This document shows positions 38,248 to 48,836 of a stretch of DNA of 64,000 nt, piece after piece (positions within the stretch are counted from its first letter, which is position 1; each line of letters starts with the position of its first letter). The notes under the pieces are model-generated. The model was given only the letters and a program-made list of their open reading frames with translations. It was not told where the DNA came from and ran no database searches. The DNA comes from Bacteroidota bacterium (GTDB taxonomy: Bacteria > Bacteroidota > Bacteroidia > Chitinophagales > Chitinophagaceae), in assembly GCA_947476825.1 (NCBI GenBank), contig CANJRV010000001.1, positions 12,232 through 76,231 on the forward strand, written 5' to 3'. Position numbers and translations under genes: made by a program.

Positions 38248-39243
38248 CTAATCAAATAATTTTCCCATTAATTCGGCACACATTTTATCTATGGCATTAA
38301 ATGAATAACCAGCAATATGTGGCGTAATAAGCACATTGTATTTCAATAATTCTGCGATTATATTTTCACTTTCTTGCAAAATGCTATAGATATTTTTTTC
38401 CTCTTCTAAAACATCCAAGCACGCACCAACAATTTTTCCATTCACCAAGCCTTGTAATAATACAGAAGTGTCTACTACTGCCCCTCTTGAAGCATTCATT
38501 ACGATATGATTCTTTTGCATCATATGCATAAAATTAGCATTATAGTAATGCTTAGTTTCTTCATTCAATGGTACATGAAATGAAATGATATCCGCTTGTT
38601 GCCTTAATTGTTGCAAGGAAACTTCTTGTACCTCATTTGTTGAAAAATCCGATTTATATGCATCGTAAGCGATAATATTTTTAGTGAACACGCTAAGTTT
38701 TTTTGCAAATGCCATTCCAGTATGCCCATAACCAATAATACCTATCGTTTTATTTTCCAACTCAAATCCTCTATTCAATTCCCGTATCCACTGTTGATTT
38801 TTTATTTGTTCGAAGGAAATAGAAATATGATGTTGCAAACAAAGCAACATACCCACACAATGTTCCGCAACAGAATTTGCAATACCGTTTGGTGAACTAA
38901 AATAACGAATTCCCTTTTGATCACAATGAGCGGTATCAATAATTTCCATGCCAGAACCTAGTCGTCCTATCCATTGTAAACTTGGATATTTCTCAATCTC
39001 CGCTTGATTCAAAACTAATTTGTTGGAAGTGATTATACCTTGAATGGTATTCTTATTTATTTTTCCAAAATCAAGGACATCGTAATCAATCAACACTAAA
39101 TTCCTATCTATTAATTGTTGTCTACATAATTCGGAAATTCGTGCAGCTATAAGTACTTGATTCACCGCGCAAATATAAATAAGTTTAGGACGAAGTGCTA
39201 GTTGAATCTTACAAAAAATATTAGCCTTCAAACAATTTCGCAA
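38248..39243 (-). CDS. D-isomer-specific 2-hydroxyacid dehydrogenase family (PdxB/SerA-like)
   Basis: NAD motif GIIGYGHTGMAFAKK, catalytic ..SRGAVVD.. and TPHIAGYS. The TTG start is uncertain and overlaps rsmA by 23 nt. Confidence 0.8.
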   Translation of the reverse strand: MRNCLKANIFCKIQLALRPKLIYICAVNQVLIAARISELCRQQLIDRNLVLIDYDVLDFGKINKNTIQGIITSNKLVLNQAEIEKYPSLQWIGRLGSGMEIIDTAHCDQKGIRYFSSPNGIANSVAEHCVGMLLCLQHHISISFEQIKNQQWIRELNRGFELENKTIGIIGYGHTGMAFAKKLSVFTKNIIAYDAYKSDFSTNEVQEVSLQQLRQQADIISFHVPLNEETKHYYNANFMHMMQKNHIVMNASRGAVVDTSVLLQGLVNGKIVGACLDVLEEEKNIYSILQESENIIAELLKYNVLITPHIAGYSFNAIDKMCAELMGKLFD

Positions 39244-39979
39244 ATAAATCTACAAACTCAGCTACACTCAATTGTTCAGCGCGTTTGGAGAATATTTCCT
39301 CTTGTAATTTTTCTGCAGGTAAAATAGATTTCAATCCATTGCGTAATGTTTTTCGACGTTGATTGAAAGCTGCTTTTACAAAAGTTTTAAATTTCTTTTC
39401 GTCAGAAATAGAATAAGGATTTTTATTTCGAGTTAATCGGATAACACCAGATGTGATTTTAGGTGGTGGTGTAAAGCTGCTTGCTGCAACATCAAATAAA
39501 TAGTCGATATCATAATAGCATTGTACCAATACACTCATGATACCATAGCTTTTACTGCCATGTTTAGATGCAATTCGCTCTGCAACTTCCTTTTGAAACA
39601 TGCCAACCACTTCATCTACATGTTCTTTCCAATCTAATACTTTAAAAATAATTTGTGTAGAAATATTGTACGGGAAGTTGCCAATGATGGTGAAATTCTC
39701 TTCAAATGGAAGCTCTGCATCTAAAAAATCATCATGACTTATTTTATCTTGCAATGCTGGATACATTTGCACCAAATAATCAATTTTCTCTTTATCCAAT
39801 TCAATACATTGGTAATTTGCTACTGGCAAATGCATCAAATATTTTGTTAGCGCACCGCCACCTGGGCCAATTTCTAATAAATTTTTTATATTCGGCTTCA
39901 GCGATTCTACTATATGCATGCACACAGATTCGTCATGTAAAAAATGTTGCCCTAATTGTTTTTTAAGCGTGTATTGCAT
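39221..39979 (-). CDS. rsmA: 16S rRNA (adenine1518/1519-N6)-dimethyltransferase
   Basis: LGQHFL.D, LEIGPGGGALT, IGNFPYNIST. Confidence 0.92.
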   Translation of the reverse strand: MQYTLKKQLGQHFLHDESVCMHIVESLKPNIKNLLEIGPGGGALTKYLMHLPVANYQCIELDKEKIDYLVQMYPALQDKISHDDFLDAELPFEENFTIIGNFPYNISTQIIFKVLDWKEHVDEVVGMFQKEVAERIASKHGSKSYGIMSVLVQCYYDIDYLFDVAASSFTPPPKITSGVIRLTRNKNPYSISDEKKFKTFVKAAFNQRRKTLRNGLKSILPAEKLQEEIFSKRAEQLSVAEFVDLFAKLFEG

Positions 39980-40012
39980 TACTTTATATTCGGCGAACTT
40001 ACATTTATTTAC

Positions 40013-42523
40013 CTAAAACAATTCTCCTTGTTTACTTTCATCTGAATCTTCCTCGTTGAGTAAGCCAATTTCCAACAGATCACTTTCACATAGTTTAGTG
40101 CCAATAGCCTTCCACCCCATTACATCTATGGTCTCTTCTAGATTGATAATTTGTTCGCTCGGCAAATATTTCTTTTTACCTGTTTTTAATTTAATGACTG
40201 GGCTTGCAGAACTTGTTACCCATTCCAAATAATTGCCTTCGCCTTCTTTAATAAATTGAAACTTTGTATTCATAGTCAAGGTTTCAATTTTGAATCGTTT
40301 CGCAGTAAATTGCTTTTTATCTGCATCAAAATAAACTGCTGTTATAATGGCTTGGGGTTTAAATTTTTCAATGGAAACTATTTTATCTGTATCAAATCTA
40401 TTCGACAATTCAATGGTATTCAGCGTATATGTACCATCATTATACATCGTAATAATATGATCCGTTTCTCCAAAGCTACCCAAATACATTCCCTTTTCAT
40501 CCGTGTTCAAACGCCCTATCACATCATCAAACCAAATCTTTTTACCTCCTAAACTAGATGCTCCCTTTAGTTTAAGCTTGATTTGCTTCACTGGATGTTT
40601 TGTAACTTGGTTTCCCATACTACTCCTTCCCTTGATGGCTAAATCTTCAAAATCAAAAGTAAATGACTTTATTTTTGCTTTACATCCTTGGCTTAATGTC
40701 AATGATACAATTTCACTTTCCCCATTTGCATTCGATGTAAAATAGAGAACCTTACTTTTAGGCGCACCTTTTGTTAAATCGTATTCTTTATCGCGGGTAA
40801 TGCCTGTTACATTGAATCGCTTCGCGTAACTAATACCCGTTTTTCCATCCACATATATCATATTGTAGGTGGTTCTATCATCCACTTTTTTAAATACTTC
40901 CACATGAATAATATCCTTTCCGATGAATACTTTATCCGCGACTTTAATCACTTTCATTTTTCCATCTCGGGTAAAGGCAATGATATTGTCGACATCGGCG
41001 CAATCAAATAAATATTCATCCTTTTTTAAACCTGTTCCGATGAAACCTTCAACCCAATTGGCATATAATTTTGTATTTGCAATTGCGATATCTGCTACTT
41101 GAATGTTGTCAAATACTTTAATCTCCGTTTTTCTTCCTCTTCCCTTACTGTACTTCTTATATAAGTCTTCAAAATAAGCAATAGCATATTCTGTTAAATG
41201 TGCTAAGTAGTTTTTCGTTTCTTCAATATTTTTTTCGACACCTCTAATATGCTCATCTGCTTTAAAGGCATCAAATTTTGAAATTCGTTTAATTTTAATT
41301 TCCGTCAATCGAATAATATCCTCTTGGGTTATTTCTCGCTTAAATAATTTTTTATAAGGCTTCAAACCCTTATCAATAGCGGCTAATACGCCTTCCCATG
41401 TTTCTTCTTCTTCTATATCACGATAAATTCTCTTTTCAATGAAGATTTTTTCTAATGATGAATAGTGCCAGTTATCTTCCAATTCACGCAAACGAAGTTC
41501 GAGCTCTAATTGCAAAATTCGCTTGGTACTGTCTGTTGAATTTTTGAGTAATTCGCTTGCCGTAATAAATACTGGCTTGTCTTCTATGATAACACAAATA
41601 TTCGGTGAAATAGAAACTTCGCAATTCGTAAAAACGTACAATGCATCTATCGTTTGATCGGGTGTAACCCCTGTTGCTAATTGCACTTCTATTTCTACAT
41701 GCTTTGCTGTGTTATCTGTAACTTTTTTTATTTTTATTTTTCCTGTTTCATTTGCTTTTACGATACTCTCAATTAAGGTTGGAACCGTGACACCAAAAGG
41801 CACATTTCGAATCACCACTGTTTTATTATCCACCTTTTCGATATGTGCTCTGACTCTTATTTTTCCGCCACGCTTTCCATCATTATAATTTGTGACATCC
41901 ACCATTCCTTCGGTCAAGAAATCCGGAAACAACTCAAATTTTTTGCCCTTCAAATATTTAATTGAAGCTTCTATAAGCTCACAGAAATTATGCGGTAATA
42001 TTTTTGTAGATAATCCAACAGCAATTCCTTCGGCACCTTGCGCCAATAACAATGGAAATTTCATTGGCAAAAAAATCGGTTCATTCTTACGGCCATCATA
42101 ACTCAATTGCCATTCAGTAATCTTCGCATTGAATGCTACATCTAAGGCAAATTTAGAGAGTCGTGTTTCAATATATCTTGGCGCGGCAGCACTATCGCCT
42201 GTACGTACATCACCCCAATTCCCTTGTGTATCGAGCATTAAATCTTTTTGACCTATATTGATGATTGCTTCACCAATACTTGCATCTCCATGAGGATGGT
42301 ATTGCATGGTTTGACCAATAACATTCGCTACTTTGTTAAACCGACCATCATCCATTTCTTTCAATGCATGAAGAATCCGTCTTTGAACAGGTTTTAATCC
42401 ATCTGGACCTGCTGGTACAGCTCTTTCTAAAATAACATAACTTGCATAATCCAAAAACCAATTTTGGTACATCTCACTGACGTGGTTTGTATTTTTATTT
42501 TCTATGCTTACTTCTTCCGCCAT
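40013..42523 (-). CDS. parC: DNA topoisomerase IV subunit A (GyrA/ParC family, Bacteroidota type)
   Basis: RAVP...DGLKPVQRRIL, YHPHGD, the catalytic Tyr in AAAPRYIETRL, and a shortened C-terminal beta-pinwheel. Confidence 0.8.
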   Translation of the reverse strand: MAEEVSIENKNTNHVSEMYQNWFLDYASYVILERAVPAGPDGLKPVQRRILHALKEMDDGRFNKVANVIGQTMQYHPHGDASIGEAIINIGQKDLMLDTQGNWGDVRTGDSAAAPRYIETRLSKFALDVAFNAKITEWQLSYDGRKNEPIFLPMKFPLLLAQGAEGIAVGLSTKILPHNFCELIEASIKYLKGKKFELFPDFLTEGMVDVTNYNDGKRGGKIRVRAHIEKVDNKTVVIRNVPFGVTVPTLIESIVKANETGKIKIKKVTDNTAKHVEIEVQLATGVTPDQTIDALYVFTNCEVSISPNICVIIEDKPVFITASELLKNSTDSTKRILQLELELRLRELEDNWHYSSLEKIFIEKRIYRDIEEEETWEGVLAAIDKGLKPYKKLFKREITQEDIIRLTEIKIKRISKFDAFKADEHIRGVEKNIEETKNYLAHLTEYAIAYFEDLYKKYSKGRGRKTEIKVFDNIQVADIAIANTKLYANWVEGFIGTGLKKDEYLFDCADVDNIIAFTRDGKMKVIKVADKVFIGKDIIHVEVFKKVDDRTTYNMIYVDGKTGISYAKRFNVTGITRDKEYDLTKGAPKSKVLYFTSNANGESEIVSLTLSQGCKAKIKSFTFDFEDLAIKGRSSMGNQVTKHPVKQIKLKLKGASSLGGKKIWFDDVIGRLNTDEKGMYLGSFGETDHIITMYNDGTYTLNTIELSNRFDTDKIVSIEKFKPQAIITAVYFDADKKQFTAKRFKIETLTMNTKFQFIKEGEGNYLEWVTSSASPVIKLKTGKKKYLPSEQIINLEETIDVMGWKAIGTKLCESDLLEIGLLNEEDSDESKQGELF

Positions 42524-42644
42524 ATTCCTTTTTACAATGTTGGCAAATGTAATTCCTAGTCAAATCTTTTCATTCAATTAGTTAATAACATGCATGTTGA
42601 ATAAATTCTAAACTGGTACACTATTGGGTTAGTACTTTCGGGGC

Positions 42645-43511
42645 TTGAAACCTTTCTTTTTCAGCATCCTATTGTGTTTGAGTTTTACAATTGTCCTGCT
42701 TTGTTTTTCTGTGCATACAAACGCCGGTTCTATTCTTCATCTAGAAGAAGCAGTTCAAGATAGCATTTCTTTACCGCATGCCGTTACAGCATTTTTAGAT
42801 CATCATGTAATGCTTCACGAAAAAAACAGCACAGATGATGTTATTGCTGTAGTTCGAAAGTCCGACAATAAAACCACTCTTTTCTTTTTTTCATTAATTG
42901 GCTTATATCTTTTTTCTGCCATTCGACTCTGGTTTCCAAAATATGTATTGAATTTATTTTCCTTTTTTACTTCTTTCAATATTTCAAAAAGGCAAATGAA
43001 AGAACAGCTAGAAATTGATTCTCGAGCTTCGATTTGGTTTTTCTTGTTGTATATCATTACCCTTGGCTATCTCTTTTTTTCTTGGGGAGTTTCTTCCATT
43101 TCTTGGATTAAAAATGCAAAAATGCCAATTGCCATTTTTTCTTGTATTGTCTTGATGGCAATTGTATATCTGGTTAAAATTGGATTGGTAAATATTGTTG
43201 CATGGGTTTTTAATAAAACGGATTTGGCAAAAAAATACATATTCGATAGCCTTATTATCAATGAGTTTTTAGGCATACTATTATTACCACTTTGTATCCT
43301 ATTACTCCTGACATCTGCTACTTTTCATACATTAATCCTAAACATTTCCTTCTTCATTATTCTTTGTTTTTTTACTTTTAAGTATATCCGTATGTTACCA
43401 AAAGTGATTAATTTATTACGCATGGATTTTTTACATTTTTTATTATACCTTTGCGCCTTTGAATTAATGCCTGTTTTAATTTTGGCAAAAATTTCAATAA
43501 AAGGGATTTAA
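42645..43511 (+). CDS. DUF4271-like polytopic membrane protein
   Basis: 6-7 TM helices. The position directly upstream of hemD is as I recall it in other Bacteroidota. TTG start uncertain. Confidence 0.6.
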   Translation: MKPFFFSILLCLSFTIVLLCFSVHTNAGSILHLEEAVQDSISLPHAVTAFLDHHVMLHEKNSTDDVIAVVRKSDNKTTLFFFSLIGLYLFSAIRLWFPKYVLNLFSFFTSFNISKRQMKEQLEIDSRASIWFFLLYIITLGYLFFSWGVSSISWIKNAKMPIAIFSCIVLMAIVYLVKIGLVNIVAWVFNKTDLAKKYIFDSLIINEFLGILLLPLCILLLLTSATFHTLILNISFFIILCFFTFKYIRMLPKVINLLRMDFLHFLLYLCAFELMPVLILAKISIKGI

Positions 43512-43554
43512 TTTTTTGTTTTTATTATCACTAGTAGAAAAGAGATTTAATAGT

Positions 43555-44493
43555 ATGGCTAAAACTGCAACTAAAACAAGTGCAAAAAAGACATCCACAC
43601 ATTCGACCGTAAAAAAAACAATAATAAAAACGGAGAAAAAGACATTGGCTGTGGTACCAACAAAAGTAACTAGACCAGCTAGTGCTAAAATTGTAGCCTC
43701 GTCTTCAAAGAAAAATGTTGCACCCGTTAAACCTACAGTTACCCCTTCTATAAAAACAATTCTCATTACTCAGCCTCGACCTGAAACTGACAAATCCCCG
43801 TATTTCGAACTAGAAAAAAAATACAATGTCAAAATGGATTTTTGCCCTTTCATATTAGTGGAAGGTGTTGAATCCAAAGATTTTCGTAAACAAAAAGTCG
43901 AAATAAAAGATTATACCGCTGTCATATTTAATAGCAGAAATGCGATTGATCACTTCTTTAGAATATGTGATGAATTAAAAATAAAGATTTCTCCTGAAAT
44001 GAAATATTTCTGTATCACAGAAGCTATTTCGCTTTACTTGCAAAAATTTATTATTTATCGCAAACGAAAAATCTTCTATGGTGAAGATGGTTCTGTAAAC
44101 AGTATGCTGGACGTGATTACTAAACACAAGTCTAAGGAGAAGTATATTGTACCTGTAAATGACATCTGCAGAACGGAAATTTTAGAGTGTTTACAGAAAA
44201 ATAAACTGGAACACGCCGAAGTGGTGCTATATAAAACGGTTTGTAACGATGTCAAAGACTTACTTAAAAAAGCACATGACATGATTGTATTTTTTACACC
44301 TGGTGGAGTTAAGTCATTATTTGAAAATAAGCCAAAGTTCGCCCAAAATGGTACTATCATTGGTGCTTTTGGTCCAATTACAACTAAAGCTGTAGAGAAT
44401 GCAGGACTAGAATTACACATTAAAGCGCCAATGCCTAATGCACCTTCTATGGTTGCTGCATTAGATTTGTATTTAGCGAACCTTGCCAAATAA
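43555..44493 (+). CDS. hemD: Uroporphyrinogen-III synthase with about 66-aa Lys/Thr/Ala-rich N-terminal extension
   Basis: The HemD-like body runs from ..ILITQPRPE to the end (FNSRNAIDHFF, FTPGGVKS). The N-terminus is MAKTATKTSAKKTSTHSTVKKTIIKTEKK... The start is taken at ATG 43555. Confidence 0.75.
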   Translation: MAKTATKTSAKKTSTHSTVKKTIIKTEKKTLAVVPTKVTRPASAKIVASSSKKNVAPVKPTVTPSIKTILITQPRPETDKSPYFELEKKYNVKMDFCPFILVEGVESKDFRKQKVEIKDYTAVIFNSRNAIDHFFRICDELKIKISPEMKYFCITEAISLYLQKFIIYRKRKIFYGEDGSVNSMLDVITKHKSKEKYIVPVNDICRTEILECLQKNKLEHAEVVLYKTVCNDVKDLLKKAHDMIVFFTPGGVKSLFENKPKFAQNGTIIGAFGPITTKAVENAGLELHIKAPMPNAPSMVAALDLYLANLAK

Positions 44494-44907
44494 CTATTCT
44501 TTTTTTTCAGAAGATAAAGTGGATTGTAGTTTTTCTGCTGCTGCTTTTTTCTCTTTTGCCTTTTTTTCTCTCTTCTCTCTTTGCGAGTCATCAAATTGCA
44601 AATACTGCGTTGCGGTTAAGATTTTCCGAAAAGCTTCATCTCGCATTTTAAAAATACCAATAAATCCCTTTCGTAAATCATCTTGTTCAGGATGAGTAGC
44701 GTACATCGAATCTATTTTCGTTGACACCGCAAGGTTAATTACATACACCTCAGCCGCTTGAACTGAATCTAGTTTCTGTTCTTGAACCATTTCTTCTGTG
44801 TACTTTTTAGCCTTTTCTGCAGGCGTTTTGCGTGTGTAAGTTTGCGCTAATAATGGTGATGTACAAATGACACTGAGGAAAATAATTCCAATTCTTGATA
44901 ATTGCAT
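44494..44907 (-). CDS. Hypothetical secreted protein with K/E-rich tail
   Basis: Signal peptide ..TSPLLAQT and a charged C-terminus REKREKKAKEKKAAAEK. Its stop codon abuts the hemD stop codon with zero spacer. Confidence 0.5.
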   Translation of the reverse strand: MQLSRIGIIFLSVICTSPLLAQTYTRKTPAEKAKKYTEEMVQEQKLDSVQAAEVYVINLAVSTKIDSMYATHPEQDDLRKGFIGIFKMRDEAFRKILTATQYLQFDDSQREKREKKAKEKKAAAEKLQSTLSSEKKE

Positions 44908-44979
44908 AATAACGGTTTTTTATTTTCTTTGAAAGTAAAGAATGACAAATATAAACGATAAAATAAATTCTCCAATAAA

Positions 44980-45612
44980 CTATAATAAATTCAAAACACC
45001 AACCCCACTTTGCGGTTGTATTTGTTGCGCGCCGCCAGCCGCTTTACTTACTAAATTAGTCAATGTTTCAATACCCAAACGACCTTCTAGAAATGAATCA
45101 ATTGTTCCACTTCGTAAATTTTTCAGAATGCTTCCAAAATCAATTCCGCCATCTCCATTAGAATGTGCCTTTAAGCCTGGGATATGAACACCACCGCCAT
45201 GTTGTGAAAATCCGCCACCAGTCAAAGCACCAATAATACCATTGATATTAAATCCATTATTTGTTGGGTCATTTGTTTTCTTTACTAATTTATCCAATAC
45301 ATTTGGAACCAAAGATCCTGCTATATTATTTGCTTTATCTGTTTCAAGACCAAATTTATATTGCAAACAACTAGTCAGATTTTGAACAATACCCTGCACC
45401 ATTGGATTAGATGATGAAGTATTCTCAGTTCCAGTAAACATCCCTAATACATGTTGAAGCCCCCCCATAGAAAGTGTGTTTTGTAATCCACTAAATATCG
45501 CATCGGTCGCTAAACCAACAGCATGATTATTATGTTCATTTGGTATAGCAACATTATGAATAATTTCTTTCTGGGATTCAGATTGAATAAGATTAAATAA
45601 TTGTTCTAACAT
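44980..45612 (-). CDS. Hypothetical Gly-rich protein (possibly DUF937-like)
   Basis: Repeated ..GGL..LLG.. and NGIIGALTGGG segments. The family call is weak. Confidence 0.45.
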   Translation of the reverse strand: MLEQLFNLIQSESQKEIIHNVAIPNEHNNHAVGLATDAIFSGLQNTLSMGGLQHVLGMFTGTENTSSSNPMVQGIVQNLTSCLQYKFGLETDKANNIAGSLVPNVLDKLVKKTNDPTNNGFNINGIIGALTGGGFSQHGGGVHIPGLKAHSNGDGGIDFGSILKNLRSGTIDSFLEGRLGIETLTNLVSKAAGGAQQIQPQSGVGVLNLL

Positions 45613-45679
45613 GAGGGTTATTTAATTTAGAGCGGTAAAAGTATTCTATTTTCTACATAGTTGAACACAATTCTTAGCA

Positions 45680-46654
45680 CTAATCATGCCGAATTCCTTC
45701 AGCAACTTTGAAAATATGTTTAATGTAAGGAAATAACGCCTGCATGGATTCTAACGCACCTTTTGTAGAACCAGGCAATGTAATGACCAAGGTCCCTTGT
45801 ATAAAACCAGCAACTCCTCTCGACAACATGGCATACGGAATTCTTTGCTGACCATAAGCTCTCGCTGCTTCCATGATACCTGGAATTTCTTTATCCAACA
45901 ATGGTTGTATCGCCTCCGGTGTCACATCTCTTGGCGATAAACCAGTACCTCCAGTTAAAATAATTAAATCATATTTTCCAAGTACTAATTTTTGCACACT
46001 CGTTTGTATCTCCACAATTTCATCGGGTAATATTGCATAAAAATGATGTTCCATATTACTCTTTGCCAATTGTGCAATAATGGCTAAGCCAGCTTTATCT
46101 TCTTTCTTTTTTGCAAACACGGAATCACTACATACCAACACGGCTGTTTTTATTTGCCTATTTAACAAATCATGATAATCACTTTTACCCCCTTTTTTTT
46201 CGATTAACTTAATTTGACAAATTTCAATTTTTTTATCAATGGGTTTTAGCATATCATACAATGTCAATGCCACAATAGCAGCACCATGCATGGCTTCTAC
46301 TTCTACACCTGTTTTATACATAGTAGCAACCTCCACTTCAATAAAAACAGATAGGCCTTTTATTTCAAATCGAATATTCGCATACTCAATTGGCAATGGA
46401 TGACAATCTGGTATAACGTCGCTCGTTTTTTTGATGGCAAATAAACCTGCTACTCTCGCAAACTCAAACACATCCCCTTTGGGTACCCTTTTATTTTCTA
46501 TCGCAGCAATTGTTTCTATGCTACTTGTTTTAAGTTCTGCTTGCGCAATGGCTCTTCGTTGCGAAATTATTTTAGGAAGTATGTCTACCATTTCATTAAA
46601 AATACGAATGTAATTCATTTTTTTTCGAAATGGTGCTTGCCTTGTAATTCGCAT
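45680..46654 (-). CDS. Bifunctional molybdenum-cofactor biosynthesis protein MoaC/MoaB(MogA-like)
   Basis: The MoaC core is KGDVFEFARVAGLFAIKKTSDVIPDCHPLP...EAMHGAAIVALTLYDM. The MoaB/MogA domain is LILTGGTGLSPRD. An alternative ATG lies at 46618. Confidence 0.85.
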   Translation of the reverse strand: MRITRQAPFRKKMNYIRIFNEMVDILPKIISQRRAIAQAELKTSSIETIAAIENKRVPKGDVFEFARVAGLFAIKKTSDVIPDCHPLPIEYANIRFEIKGLSVFIEVEVATMYKTGVEVEAMHGAAIVALTLYDMLKPIDKKIEICQIKLIEKKGGKSDYHDLLNRQIKTAVLVCSDSVFAKKKEDKAGLAIIAQLAKSNMEHHFYAILPDEIVEIQTSVQKLVLGKYDLIILTGGTGLSPRDVTPEAIQPLLDKEIPGIMEAARAYGQQRIPYAMLSRGVAGFIQGTLVITLPGSTKGALESMQALFPYIKHIFKVAEGIRHD

Positions 46655-46688
46655 TTTTATATACCTTTACCCATAAATTTTTTCAAAC

Positions 46689-48749
46689 ATGAAACTAAAA
46701 TCTATCTTGGCCATTACTTCTATAGCCATTTTTGCAGCATGCAATTCTGCTAACCAAAATGCAAGTACCACATCTGCACCCAAAGAGGAAAAAGAATTTG
46801 AAGTGATGGCAGAAAGTTTTGCCGATCTACAAATTCTACGTTATCAAACACCAGGCTTCAATGAATTAAGTACGCAACAAAAAGAACTTTCTTATTATTT
46901 ATTTGAAGCGGCTTTATGTGGTAGAGATATTATTTATGATCAAAAAAGCAAATACGGCATTCTACTTCGCAAAACTATTGAGAATATTTACGGAACATAC
47001 AAAGGCGATAAATCTATTGCAGATTGGAAAAGTTTTGAAGATTATTGCGGTCGTTTTTGGTTTAGTAGTGGCAACCATCATCATTATGGCAATGAAAAAT
47101 TTATTCCAGCTTGCAATGCAGATTATTTTAAATCGTTGATCCTAAATAGTGATACGGCAAGCCTTCCAAAGGAAAGTGGCGAAAGTGTAGCTGCCTTTTG
47201 GACTCGAGTAAATCCATTATTTTATGATTTGACTATAGAACCAAAATGTGTTGACCTTCGTTCGGGTATTGATAATATTAAGGCATCGAGCAATAATTTC
47301 TATGAAGGGGTTACACAAAAAGAAGTAGAAGATTTTTACAATAAATTTCCGACAACAGGCAATGCACCGAGTTGGGGTTTGAATTCTAAACTCATGAAAG
47401 TAGACAATACATTGGTTGAAAAAGTTTGGAAAAGTGGAGGCATGTATGGTGCTGCAATTGATAAAATTATTTTTTGGTTAGATAAAGCAGCAACAGTTGC
47501 AGAGAATAATCAACAAAAAGAAGTCATCACCAAATTGGCAAAATATTATCGTAGTGGCGACCTAAAAGATTTTGATGATTACGCCATCTCTTGGGTAAAA
47601 GATACCGCTTCAAGAGTTGATTTTGTGAATGGATTTACCGAAGTATATTTAGATGCCATCGGTAAAAAAGGAAGTTTTGAAAGTACAGTATCCATAAAAG
47701 ATATGGAAGCTACAAAACGTATTAAAACAATTGCAGAAAACGCACAATGGTTTGAAGACAATTCGCCATTGATGCCTGAACACAAAAAGAAAGAAGTAAA
47801 AGGAATTACAGCAAAAGCCATTACTGTTGTAGTAGAAAGCGGTGATGCTGCACCTTCTACGCCCATTGGCATTAATTTGCCGAATGCCGATTGGATAAGA
47901 AAAGATCATGGGAGCAAATCTGTTTCCTTAAGTAATATTATTAGCAGTTATAATATTGCAACCGCTAAGAAAGGAACTTTAGATGAATTTGGTTTGAACG
48001 ATTCAGTAAAAGAACGCATCAAAAAATATGGCGCATTAGCCTCAGACTTACATACAGATATGCATGAGTGTATTGGACATGCTAGCGGACAAATTAATCC
48101 TGGTATTGAAACAACAGATAAAACCTTGAAAAATTATGCAAGCTGTTTGGAAGAAGCGCGTGCCGATTTAGTTGGACTTTATTATATCATGGATCAAAAA
48201 TTAATTGACATTGGCGTAATGCCCAATATGGATGTTGCCAAAGCAGAATATGATAGTTATATGTTGAATGGTATGATGACCCAATTGACTCGTTTGAAAC
48301 TTGGCGATCAAATTGAAGAAGCTCATATGCGTAACCGCCAATTGAATGCTGGATGGGCATTTGCTATGGGCAAAAAAGATTCGGTTGTTACCTTCGTAAA
48401 GCGTGATGGAAAAACCTATATACAAGTAAATGACTATGCAAAATTGCGTACTTTATTTGGTCAATTATTGCGTGAAATACAACGTATCAAAAGTGAAGGC
48501 GACTTTAAAGCGGGACAAGCTTTGGTAGAAACTTATGGCGTAAAAGTAGATAAAGTATTACACAAAGAAATTCTAGATCGCTATGCCACATTGGGTTTGA
48601 AGCCATATCGCGGATTTATACAACCTAAATTAGTTGCTATTATGAATGGCGATAAAGTAACGGATGTAAAAATAGAATACCCAACATCCTTCTTTGCGCA
48701 AATGATGGAGTATGGAAAAATGTATGGCTATTTAGGCGTAAAGAATTAA
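46689..48749 (+). CDS. Dipeptidyl-peptidase III (M49) lipoprotein
   Basis: Lipobox IFAAC. The M49 zinc motifs are HECIGH and EEARAD. Confidence 0.85.
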   Translation: MKLKSILAITSIAIFAACNSANQNASTTSAPKEEKEFEVMAESFADLQILRYQTPGFNELSTQQKELSYYLFEAALCGRDIIYDQKSKYGILLRKTIENIYGTYKGDKSIADWKSFEDYCGRFWFSSGNHHHYGNEKFIPACNADYFKSLILNSDTASLPKESGESVAAFWTRVNPLFYDLTIEPKCVDLRSGIDNIKASSNNFYEGVTQKEVEDFYNKFPTTGNAPSWGLNSKLMKVDNTLVEKVWKSGGMYGAAIDKIIFWLDKAATVAENNQQKEVITKLAKYYRSGDLKDFDDYAISWVKDTASRVDFVNGFTEVYLDAIGKKGSFESTVSIKDMEATKRIKTIAENAQWFEDNSPLMPEHKKKEVKGITAKAITVVVESGDAAPSTPIGINLPNADWIRKDHGSKSVSLSNIISSYNIATAKKGTLDEFGLNDSVKERIKKYGALASDLHTDMHECIGHASGQINPGIETTDKTLKNYASCLEEARADLVGLYYIMDQKLIDIGVMPNMDVAKAEYDSYMLNGMMTQLTRLKLGDQIEEAHMRNRQLNAGWAFAMGKKDSVVTFVKRDGKTYIQVNDYAKLRTLFGQLLREIQRIKSEGDFKAGQALVETYGVKVDKVLHKEILDRYATLGLKPYRGFIQPKLVAIMNGDKVTDVKIEYPTSFFAQMMEYGKMYGYLGVKN

Positions 48750-48836
48750 TGAAGAAATGCGAATAATTGGATAAGATTATTCAACTGAATTTTATCTTTC
48801 ATAGACTTCCATTAAACTTTTCATTATCTTCATATA

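Noticed and set aside
44076-44594. 172-aa minus-strand ORF with a highly basic N-terminus
   Set aside because: It is antisense to hemD and overlaps, out of frame, the 3' end of the better-supported secreted-protein gene 44494-44907. The basic stretch is just another reading frame of that gene's K/E-rich coding tract.
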